A DNA stretch of 64,000 nt from Antedon mediterranea (taxonomy: Eukaryota; Animalia; Echinodermata): positions 12,572,795-12,636,794 of the forward strand of contig NC_092670.1 in NCBI RefSeq assembly GCF_964355755.1. The letters run 5' to 3'. This document shows positions 46,101 through 57,205 of the stretch, piece after piece. The notes beneath the pieces are model-generated. The model ran no database searches, was not told where the DNA came from, and saw only the letters and a list, made by a program, of their open reading frames with translations. The number at the start of each line of letters is the position of its first letter. Position 1 is the first letter of the stretch. The translations under genes and the position numbers were made by a program.

Positions 46101-47189
46101 GTTTGTATTGAGAGATATTTCTATCTATAGTTCTATTTCGTTAACACTTTTCCAACAACGTATACTAATTTTTAGCCTTGCTATCAAATGCATTTTTTTC
46201 TTCTTTTTTTTAATGAATTAAAAAATGACAAAAACTTATTTTCATTATGTTACTACAATTGAACTGCTGTTACCTTACAAGATCTTTATTCAAAATTACT
46301 TTATTCACGTAGGCATACAAATGAATCTCAATATCAGAATATCTGAACATTACATTTTTTACATTAATTGAAGAATCACAACAAAAAATCAAAAGGGCAA
46401 CTTATCTCCAGCAGGTTCCTAGGTCTACTGTTACGACAGTAGACCTACATGAATCTCTATATCTGAAGATTACGTTTCACAAAAGTTTTATGTGGTTATA
46501 ATATGTTCTAACCATTTAATCGATACATTCAATTCTCTTTTATTTTATACACTGTTTGCTTCACCAGTTCAACTCAGGGTTCAATACCCACTAAAATCAA
46601 AGATACATAAAATAAATATAATTCTTAAATGTAAACCTCTATTGACGTAAAACATTGAGATATCCAAAGTTCAAACTACAAACGCATGGAAGTAGGCCAT
46701 TAAGTACATAAGTAAATAGGTTTCAATTCGTCTGGCCATGTTCATTTTGTACTCTTCTATTCTTAATATTATATACTGTAGTTACAAGTAGGCCTACTTA
46801 CTGGTACTTGTCTTTTCACGTTCATAACTCAATGTAGCTGTTCGGAATTAACACAATTGTGATAATAGGAAGGTGTGAACGAGACACTGGGAACGAATAC
46901 AATTATAATAGCTATAAACAACAATGTTTCAACTGCTTGAGGAACACCCTTTAATTGTTAGGCCTCTACCTTGATTTCACCAGGGAAGAATGAAATATCA
47001 CCCTTCCCTGATTTCACACCTTACAGTAATATTCTATAACACAGATCTGTACTTGATTATTAACACAATTCTGTCTGAATAAAGTTTCATTTCCAGTCTT
47101 GTTTGCATTAGGACAGATCACACTCTCCTTGTTGCAACATACAGGACAGATTGAAAGTCACTCTTCCTCTTTCTTTCTCTCTATTAAAG

Positions 47190-47667
47190 AACCGCTTCTC
47201 ATAATCGACTATCTCCCGTCACAACGACCTCTGGTAAGTGACCACCTCTATTGAACGACCACCGTCTCTTTTAAGGGACCATTTATTATAATCGACCACC
47301 TCTCGGAAGTGGTCAACGATAAGAAGCGGTCCCTTAACAGAGACAGTGGTCGTCGCAAAAGAGGTCGTCACTTACGAGAGGTGGGGTCGTTAAGAGAGGT
47401 GGTCCTTTAAAAGAGTCGTCACTGACGATTATGAGAAGCGGTCCTTTAGAGAGAAAGAGGTCGGGGTCCCTTAAAAGAGGTGGTAATTTACGAGAGGTGT
47501 GGTCCTTAAGAGAGGTGGTCGCTTACGAGAGGTGGTCGATTATGAGAAGTGGTCCCTTAGAGGAGGTGATCCCTTACGAGAGGTGGTCGATTATGAGAAG
47601 CGGTCCCTTAACAGAGATGGTTGGTTACGATATGTGGTCGTTTTAGAAAGTTGGTTGCTTAAGACTG
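47190..47667. mobile_element. Degenerate foldback/MITE with GAGAGGTGGTCG subrepeats
   Basis: ACCGCTTCTCATAATCGAC (47191) is the inverse of GTCGATTATGAGAAGCGGT (47586-47604). Confidence 0.7.
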
Positions 47668-47736
47668 ATAGCTAAGTAAAGATCGATGCATTTGCACATA
47701 GGCTAAATGAGACATTTTTGTAAAATATATAACATT

Positions 47737-47918
47737 TTCTACATTAGCTGGCGATAGTAACTACATAAGCTGGAAGGCAATTTTCGTTACTACATAAGCT
47801 TTTGACTGTTTCTACATTAGCTGGTGTTGATTTTTATTTACTACATAAGCAGTGGGTTGTTCTACATTAATGGTTGTTTCGACATTAGCTGGCATTTTCT
47901 ACATTAACGGTTGTAACA
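47737..47918. repeat. Dispersed CTACAT(T/A)AGC subrepeats, likely a TE terminal region
   Basis: About 8 copies of TTCTACATTAGCTGG / CTACATAAGC-like units. Confidence 0.6.
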
Positions 47919-50639
47919 AAAATGATACGGCCAAGCTCTTCGAAAATGAAACATGATTCAAGTACAGTAGTAACGAAGTATATTTATCTGTTATTTGAGA
48001 ACAGGCATCATTCACATATGACGTTGAAGCTACCACTATCAAGAATGTTACGCTTCACAAAAAGTAAAGCTACATATTTTAGTATCATTATTCATTATCT
48101 AATTTACTGGAAATCTTTCTCAACTAGCTATTCAATTAAAGTGCAAACCCAGTTGAAGCAAAACACCCTTTTTTCTCTGACGTTTCCAAAGTCAGGCGTT
48201 TTAAGGTTGACGGGATCGTAACCAAAGCCGCTTGCTATGCACGACTGAGCCACTGGATATGTTAGGCCGGTTAATTAGCACCTGGTTTGGGACGAGTAAG
48301 CCAATCTAGCGAGCTAAATTACTTTCTTTATGCACCTTAATTATATTCACTAGGCGTTCTAATTGAACAAGTTCCCATGCAATAGGTCAGCTTTTTGTGA
48401 CGAGTAAACATTGTTTGTCTTTCAACTATTTGTATCAAATTTATCATTATTGCATATCTCATCCTTCAACACAATTGGCAACATGTATCTTAATTTGTAT
48501 CTCAGAATTAATTTGTAAAGATACGTTGACGACATAGATTGTCGTCGATGGTACGCCTAAAATATTTACAACCAAAAGTGCAATTCGCCTATTTAAAACA
48601 TGTCCTGGATTCTGTGTTGAGTACGATAGCATCGAATAACTACATATTTAAAATATTGTACAGATTTCGTTGAAAGATAATGATGAGTCGTTTCGACCCA
48701 AGTTCATGACTACTTATTGATACTCTATGTTTCATTGGTTGTTGTTGTTTTCATCTTCGTCATTCATTGTTTTGATGATATTCCGGACAACAATGATTCT
48801 TTTTTTTTATCTTAATTCTTTTTTTTTTCTTTAATTCTATAAGATGTTGCCAATTCTGGTATACGCAACAAGTCCTGGCCCTCCCGAAGCCGAAAATGGG
48901 ACCGTATCAGCCAGCCATGGTCTCGTCACAAAACCACACTTTCCTAAAGCTTGGTTTTCACTAGGAATTGAAGCAACGCTACTTTCACGTAGGCCCATAT
49001 TGTTTGCGTAATTATCTTCGTCCGTAATTCGGCCTAGTGTGAACCAATTTTACTGATTGATCGACGAACAGTATCGTCGTAATCATCGTCTGCAGCCCTT
49101 GACATATTGTGGTTGACCACCGACACCATTTTCCGATTGGTTTGCGCGAACCACCTCCTTCGTTATTTTAAATAGTCAACGTTATATTTATGATAGGCAT
49201 ATAGGTATGAACGCAATTTATCTAATTTAGTTTTTCAATCAACACTACTATGATCCTTCACTCACCAATCCTTATCGACAAGTCGTCAACCCACCACGTT
49301 CATCAAAAGTGTCCTTTAATAACTTCCTTAACTAATATAGTGTAATGAACTTGGACATTTATTTATAGCATTATTATATAAATCTTATCATTAAAAAAAG
49401 ATTAATGAAAATTTCAAACATTTATGTGATTATTGAAATCGTCAATGAAGGTACAGGATCATCATAGTAGTATTTTAGTAAACACAATTTTCACAACACT
49501 ATTTTATAGGCCTACTTTTTTTACTGACGTATATCTGAATAAGATATTTTTCTTTTTAATTTTCTATTATAATTTTTAAACGGTTTGTTTGTACTGTCTT
49601 TAGAGGTGGTTAAAGTACATCACAAGATGACATTTTTTTTAATTGTGCGTTTTCTTCCACCCCTGTGTAACTATAATTGTGTAGCAAGATTGAAAAGATA
49701 ATGATTTTTTTTCACTATCACAAATTCAGTTTCGAATTAACACATTCATAATTCATCATTGTAGTGTTTTCAGAACAGATGTTCTGTCAGTTCACAGAAA
49801 AATTGAAATTTGCGAACAGGTGATAAAACACAGTTGATTAGAAAGGAATATTAATTATACACCCACAATTCCTATTTGAATTTTTATAATAATAATTTTG
49901 TTTGTTTACATTGTTCTACGATAATTTTGAACTGGATTAATAAAGTTTTGCGTCCAGTTTTATTTTGTAAAATATTTTCTGAAAGTATACAATCATTTCA
50001 GAATCTCAATACATGATAAGTTAGTAATAATATTGACTTATATTCAATTATTGTGTTCTCAAAAACTCAAAATATTTTTTATCTTAATTAACCACATAAC
50101 GTACGTATCGGTTAAAACGTATAAGTTTATAGACACAAATCTAGGAGACATAGGCCTAATCATTTTTTTAAAAGTTTCCATGTTGTTTATTTGTTACCTG
50201 TTTTTTTAATTGCTTACCTTCTTGATGTGTTGTGATGCATTAATAAAGAATGGAATTAATCCAATGGATATCAAAGGATATCAAGTTTCTACATTGTAAT
50301 ATCATGTCCCCTTGTGTATGGACAATCTCAAAACCACAATAAATAAAATATGGGTTGGCAATGGTGTATTATACAGTTAATTAACACTGTTTTGACCTTG
50401 GAAACAAATCGTCAAAACAAACATGACCTTTAATTAAGAGCATTGCCGCAGAATGAATGTCAATGTGATTATTACCATTTGCGTTATCATTACAAATTGA
50501 TAACTAATGACATCCAATGAATCAGTTATATTGTTGACTTTGGTAATAGCGCATGTATGCGCATGCGTGTTGGTACTGAAGATGGCGGTGGTTATTTATG
50601 TTGACAATGATTAAGAATACAATGATACAGATTTAGGAT

Positions 50640-50770
50640 GAATGACGCTGATGATGACGATGATGATGATAATGATGATGATAATGATGACAATTTGACA
50701 TTGAAGATGATATCATTATGATTATTACCATTATTACATGACGCATGATGATGATGCGAGTGGTGATGAT
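50640..50770. repeat. Degenerate (GAT)n microsatellite
   Basis: GATGATGACGATGATGATGATAATGATG.. Confidence 0.75.
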
Positions 50771-50976
50771 ATCAAGACAATCTAACAACAGGATGCTTAG
50801 TCCTGGAGATCAAAGGGGTTATCTGTGGCTGCGACACGATCGGTTTCACGCGGCGGAGAATAAGTACGTGCAGTACTGTTGGTATTTGTCGCAGCCATAC
50901 ATAAGATCAAAGGAAAGTTACGAGTTCCTATCTTGGCAAGGCGAGCTCAGTGTCCTGTTGTTAGATTGCCTTGATA
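50770..50976. repeat. 207-bp nested inverted repeat (MITE relic or hairpin RNA)
   Basis: Outer 32-nt arms 50770-50801/50945-50976; inner 18-nt arms 50819-50836/50887-50904. Confidence 0.85.
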
Positions 50977-53944
50977 ATAGTACTACTAGTAGCAACAATT
51001 AGCCAAATGACCAAAAATACTCCATTACGGTTGGTTTTATTTCATTTTTATACAGTTCAAAGACATTTACATTGATGCGATGAAACTTAATAGTTGTTAT
51101 ATTGTCGTTATATCTTGCAACTAGCTCATCTTTGTCTCTCCGGGGCCTTATCTGGCCCCGACCTTGGCTTTCAACATCCTGCCGAAAAGCTCGTGTGTAT
51201 CAGTCGAAGTGTGCCGTGTAATACGAGCCTTACACGCTTTTCGCGTGCTGGGTCTATAGAACACAGCCTGCTAAGAACTCAGTGATGTTGGGCCTGGCAC
51301 AGGGCTTAAATTAAGCAACTTTATTGGAATTATAATATTCCACGCTTTCGCCAAACAACCTGTCACCTCTGAGGAAGGATAAGAGGCCATTCGGCAGCTG
51401 AGTCCTGCCAGCAAAATGACATTCGGCTTTTGAGTGATGAAAAGTGAGATTAAAACACGTCGCAAAGTTTACATCGGCGGCCCAAGCAAACAATTACCGT
51501 GTCATGTATTTATATTTAAAGTGCTAACTAATATTGATTGAACTTCATATAAATAAGGGAACGAACTATTCGGAGGCTCAAATTTCTAACTAACAGCAAT
51601 CGTCCACGGTATTTTTCTGCTTACGTCACGAACCAATACCTATTTGGTCCCCCTCTTCAATAACCCTCCATGTTCGTGCTTAATTAATAGTACACGCATA
51701 GGCCTACATAGGCAAATTAAAAATTAGGAAACTAAGGTACTTAATGCTCGGTTATAAATTGGTAGGGGTTATTTTTGCTTGAAAAAATGGCTATTCTCTG
51801 GCTAATATTAAATGTTCTCGGGTTAGTTAGGTGGATCAAACACACCCCCACCTAAAGAATATCGTACGGTCCTGACATTTAACCAAAATATAATATACAA
51901 CGGCCCATAATTATTCTCCGTTCACCCTCAACGTTGAAAACGGATAGATAAATATTTCTTTTGATTTATTTTCATGTCATCAGGCATTCATATTTCTATA
52001 TTATTAAAACCTCATTAAAATTGCTTCTGCTATTTAAGTGATTTGACCTTACAATAATTCATAAATCACTCCGATCCGACTAAACCCTAATTTTAGAACT
52101 CCCCAGCATTAACGCGCGTGGGTTTCCCGTTTATTTATCAGCTCACCATCACTCATCGCGGGCTCCTGGTCCCGTCGACCCGTTACCAGTCGTAAGCACA
52201 GAGTTGCATATATTTTTGTATATATTCTTTTAAGCCAATAACTGTTTATTTTACGTAAATCTTGCTGATTGACATCTGATGATTTGGTCGTAGTTCTAAA
52301 TCTAGGCCCTTTAGCCATCAGCTCTCATCAATTCTTTCGCCTGAAAAGACATCACAAATCTGCAATGTTTGTCTTATAAATGAGGTATGCTGAAAATCTC
52401 ACTCAGGCCTTCAGATATTAAATAACTAGTTTTGTGAGTCTAATAGACAAATTCCTTCGCAACAAATTTTTAATAATTTCGATGGTGGCAATTAATCAGT
52501 GTATAACAACAGATGTAAAAAATGAAATATTTATGTTGCGAATTTGAAATATATAAGGCCAATTAAGAAAATCCGTAGGCGTCAAATCCACTCAAATCCC
52601 CCTCTTCAAACGCAGTAAGGATAAATACTGTATAGTATAATTATGACATTAATGTCGTTGCCCAAAAGTGAAGTAAATTTCCAAATAAATACTACTTATT
52701 AGTATAGTTTGTTCGTGACTTGCACACAAACAAACAAACAGAGATTGATGGTTCGACTTATCCGGAAAACGACCCCGTCTACAAAAACAGATAAGTTATA
52801 GTGACCACTATCATGACGTAATAACAACTTAAGCCTAAACAACAACTTATATCTTGAAGACGTGTTAACCCCTGAGCCTCATAGCAAAACCCCTGAGCCT
52901 CATAGCAACCGCCCTCCACCACCGTAAACACAAACATTGATTGATCGGACAACACGTCTTTTCAATATTAACGATATAAAACGTAGAACAATTATATAAC
53001 ACCCTGTTTCCTTTAAGGAAGAAAAAATGTCTTTGTTTCCTCTTTCTTGCTGTTAGGAGCAGACGATACCCTACCATATTTGGCGCTGGAATCACTACCG
53101 TTGAAAACGATAGTATTTGTAACTAACTAGTCACACTTCACTGCAAGGCGGCGCACGACGGCAAATTATTACAACGTCACAGTCGGTATTTTCATAGTAT
53201 TATGAAAGGCATTTTATGATAACATTCTTAATACAATATGCTGTACTAACCGTAGTGTTAAAAGCAGTCAGACCATTTTTTGTCCATGCGAAAACAATAT
53301 TTTTAAATCGGCCTCCTGTTACTCGTGGTGGCCTATTCAGTTATTTTAAAATTTATTTTAAATTAAAACAAAAATGTGGGCCTACAATTTACTTTTTATT
53401 CGAGGAAATAAAGGTCCCTCTAGGGGTGATGTTGATGATCATGATGTTCTATGGGGAGTTTATTCGGGGGAGGCGTATTCAAAGCGGAAAGTTTATTCGA
53501 ATAAATACGGTAATGCCAATAAACCAGATTATTCATGCGGAGGCCGTGGTTCTTAATTATCACAGATATAGGCCTAATCATGATAACGATCATAGTGAAA
53601 ACGATAATCCTGATGCGGAGTTATTAAATAATAAAATTATGGAAATATTGACGACAGTGACATGAATTACATGACGTAGGCCTAATATCACATGGTGGAG
53701 TGATAAAATAAATAAAATAATTTGGTGTAAATTGTATTAACCGGTAAGATTTCTAACGTCCAGATTACATAAGAGGGACATATTCCTACATTATGACCCT
53801 CACCACTCTGTACTTATGAATAAGAAAGGTATCGATGACAAAACCACGGGACGATGTTAATTATTAATCGTTAATTTCTTTTTTCTTCCAGTGACTACTG
53901 TGGCACGCCAGGACGGACATAACTATGTCAAGTTGACATCACGT

Positions 53945-54097
53945 GTGTTGAGTTTACACATCGCTCGTGTCGAGTTTGTACACATCGTGCGTGTGTCGAG
54001 TTTGTACGCATCGCTCGTGTCGAGTTTGTACACATCGCGCGTGTCGAGTGTTTACGTACACATCGACACGTACACAGGCAATGTGTAAACTCAACAC
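53945..54097. repeat. 17-bp perfect inverted repeat enclosing ~24-26-bp tandem repeats
   Basis: GTGTTGAGTTTACACAT/ATGTGTAAACTCAACAC; internal (CATCGCTCGTGTCGAGTTTGTACA)n. Confidence 0.85.
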
Positions 54098-56395
54098 GAA
54101 CGATGGCGGTCCATAGACTACCGATAATCTGATCACAACCTGTTTAATTACAGTGAGACAGACAATGGGGAAATACGTACATATTCTACTCCATGGTCAG
54201 GTTGGAATTTAGTACTCACCCTTCCCTCCCCACAAACTAAAATAAAATCACAGGAACACATTGAGGCCATAGGCCTAGGCCTAACTGTAAAAAAAGAAAC
54301 GGCTATACAGAAATGCAAACAACAAACGAGTTGGGTAAAAACATTATTACCTATCAATGTTATTAATAAATAACATGTCATTATTGTATCTACTGAATGG
54401 GATTTCACGGACAAAACTGGGCCTACTATTGATCTTGTCTTTTTGACACGATTATCGTTGCAAATAATCTCTAACAGTGTTACTATAGGCTGGTTCCAAA
54501 AGGATTGCAAAGGTGAAACAAATGAGTTGAAATAAAATAAAAAATATATTTTTACCTATTAATTTTATGAATAACATAACATGTCATTATAAAAAAAAAA
54601 TATTTTGGATGGTCTACGTGACGCGTGCCTGCACTAGTTTGGTAAACAACTTTTTATTGCATCTTCAACGACCGGTTTATGAATGACACCGATTTGTAAG
54701 TGTTCAGAAAATGAATAAAAGAAACGAATTAAACGACTACGTTCATAATTGTAGTCGCAAACCTATACATTGATGACAATGAAATCTGTGGTTTCTGTCG
54801 TGGTACCATCGATTAGATGTCTACTCTTTTGTTTTCTACGTTTCTTTTAAGGAGTATTATTAATACACAATACTGAATAAAATAAAATTCTATATAAATT
54901 GATTTAGGAAAAAAACAGTTATTATTGCGCTTATTGTCTTTGACGTTAAACCGCTCTATGTGACCGGAAATATATTGTGTTTAAATGCATTATAATTTCG
55001 AACTTTTATAATAAAATCTAATAGTGTAGGTTTTTTTTTAATAAGTAGGTTAAAGGTATACAATGCATTAATAAACATCATCGCCTTAGTGTATCCTTGT
55101 CATTTGATTGGTTCATTTAATATCACATGTGCCATTCGGTAAAAGGTACGAGAAAGTTAGAACTTACGGCAATTTGTTTGTGTTGCGCGTTCGAAAACCA
55201 GTGTGAGTTGTGTGCGCCGTCAGTTTTTGTTCCATTCCGCGCCAATTTTTCATTGGTCTTAATAATGCATGGAATTAGGCCTAATTCAATAACGTGTTTA
55301 ACTTTGTTCCGCCTTGTTAAATAAATCAGTCACTTTTCCAATTCATGATACTCACAAACATTCATTATTTATCCTTAAATGTAGGATTAAAAACACCTGT
55401 AGGCATACTTACAAAAGTAAAGTGTTTACATTTTTTCAAATAATATTAATCTATAAAACCTAAATAGGTATTGTTATAAATAACCCAAACACACTTACAA
55501 ACAATGTTGTAAAATTTACAAGGCTTTAACAGATAAAACTACACAAATGTATTAACAATAAACGACAAAAACATTCGAATAAAATTAGTCTATCAGGCTT
55601 AAATAAGATTTAACCACACTTAGGATTAACTGTACTATTGTATTTATATGTTTTACAACGATTTCATTAATTCACTCACCTGTAAAATATTGTTAAAAGC
55701 CCAAAGTTTATAAACAATATCGTAAAATTCGCGAAGCTTATCGTATAAAATGGGATTTAACGGGAAAACTAGGCCATCTTGAGTTTTACCGTTGACACGA
55801 TTGTAGTTCGTATTAAAATGAATTAGTGGTTTAATCTCAGCAATGTCAGGTAACAAAAAACTAGAAAGCGGTGCAAAATACATTCGCCCACATTATTGCA
55901 TTATAAAAACCACATGATAAACAAGACTTTCAGTGAGCTATATAGAATTTATATTTTATAAAGATCATTTAATCCACACACGATACCTATGTTATTGTTG
56001 TATAACCCACAGTTACAAACAATGTCGTAATAATATTATCTTTACTGAGAAGGGATCGGACAAAACTACTATATTGTCTTTTATTTATTATTGTTATTTT
56101 CAATGCTTTCGAACATTGGTTACAGTAAGCCTCGTGACATTAAAATTGAATTAGTAGTTTAACCTGATGCTATTTTCAGGTAACAAACATCGCCAAGGGT
56201 GCGAACGTCCCTAAGGGGTTGATCTCATCATTCACCCAGTTTATCCGTATCGATGATCTTGATCCGCACGGCTCTGCAACGGATCACCCAAGCCTCTTAT
56301 CAACCCTTTCCCAATCTTGGTTTTGTAATTAACGTGGTCTAGTACTACGCCAACCAATAACGATGAACCTGTACACGCATTAGATGGCAACACCT

Positions 56396-57205
56396 ACATT
56401 GTGCGCCTAGATTAAATACGTATTTAAGTGTCGAGTGATGTGCTCAGTACAAACACGTTGACACGTGTCGAGCTTGCCTGTATACGATGCACATTTGAAT
56501 GTGAATGGACGTGTATACGCATAAGTTGGCAATACATCGACATTGTGCGCCTTTAGAGTAAATGTGTGTGTCAAGGGATGCTCAGTGTAAACACGTTGAC
56601 ATCTTACATGTCGCGCTTGCCTGGCTGTATACGATGTACATTTGAATGTGAATGGACGTGTATACGCATAAGTTGGCAATACATCGACATTGTGCGCCTA
56701 TAGAGTAAATGTGTGTGTCAAGGGATGCTCAGTGTAAACACGTTGACATCTTACATGTCGCGCTTGCCTGGCTGTATACGATGTACATTTGAATGTGAAT
56801 AAACGTGTATACGCATAAGTTGGCAATACATCGACATTGTGTGCATATGATTAGATGTGTGTGTCAAGGGATGCTCAGTGTAAACACGTTGACATACCGT
56901 ATTACATGTCGAGCTTGCCTGTATACGATGTACATTTGAATGTGAATAAACGTGTATACGCATAAGTTGGCAATACATCGACATTGTGTGCATATGATTA
57001 GATGTGTGTGTCAAGGGATGCTCAGTGTAAACACGTTGACATACCGTATTACATGTCGAGCTTGCCTGTATACGATGTACATTTGAATAGTGAATGAACG
57101 TGTATACGCATTAGTTGGCAATACATCGACACTGTGCGCCTATATAGAGTAAATGTGTGTGTCGAGGGATGTTCAGTGTAGCCACTTTGACATGTTACAT
57201 GTCGT
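56396..57205. repeat. 147-bp tandem array, ~5.5 units
   Basis: Anchor ACGTGTATACGCAT at 56509, 56656, 56803, 56950, 57098. Confidence 0.95.

Noticed and set aside
50819-50904. Pre-miRNA
   Set aside because: The stem is only 18 bp with a 50-nt loop, and it matches no conserved miRNA I recognise
51366-51420. Hammerhead ribozyme (CTGAGGA at 51369)
   Set aside because: No stem II followed by GAAA and no correctly placed UH cleavage triplet
51135-52095. Telomerase RNA, suggested by the pseudoknot
   Set aside because: No CTAACCCT template next to the pseudoknot on either strand; AACCCTAA at ~52083 is ~850 bp away; no U-rich/A-rich triple-helix loops
53216-53665. 149-aa ORF as a gene
   Set aside because: Largely overlaps a degenerate MITE-like sequence ending AATAAATACGGTA; no recognisable domain
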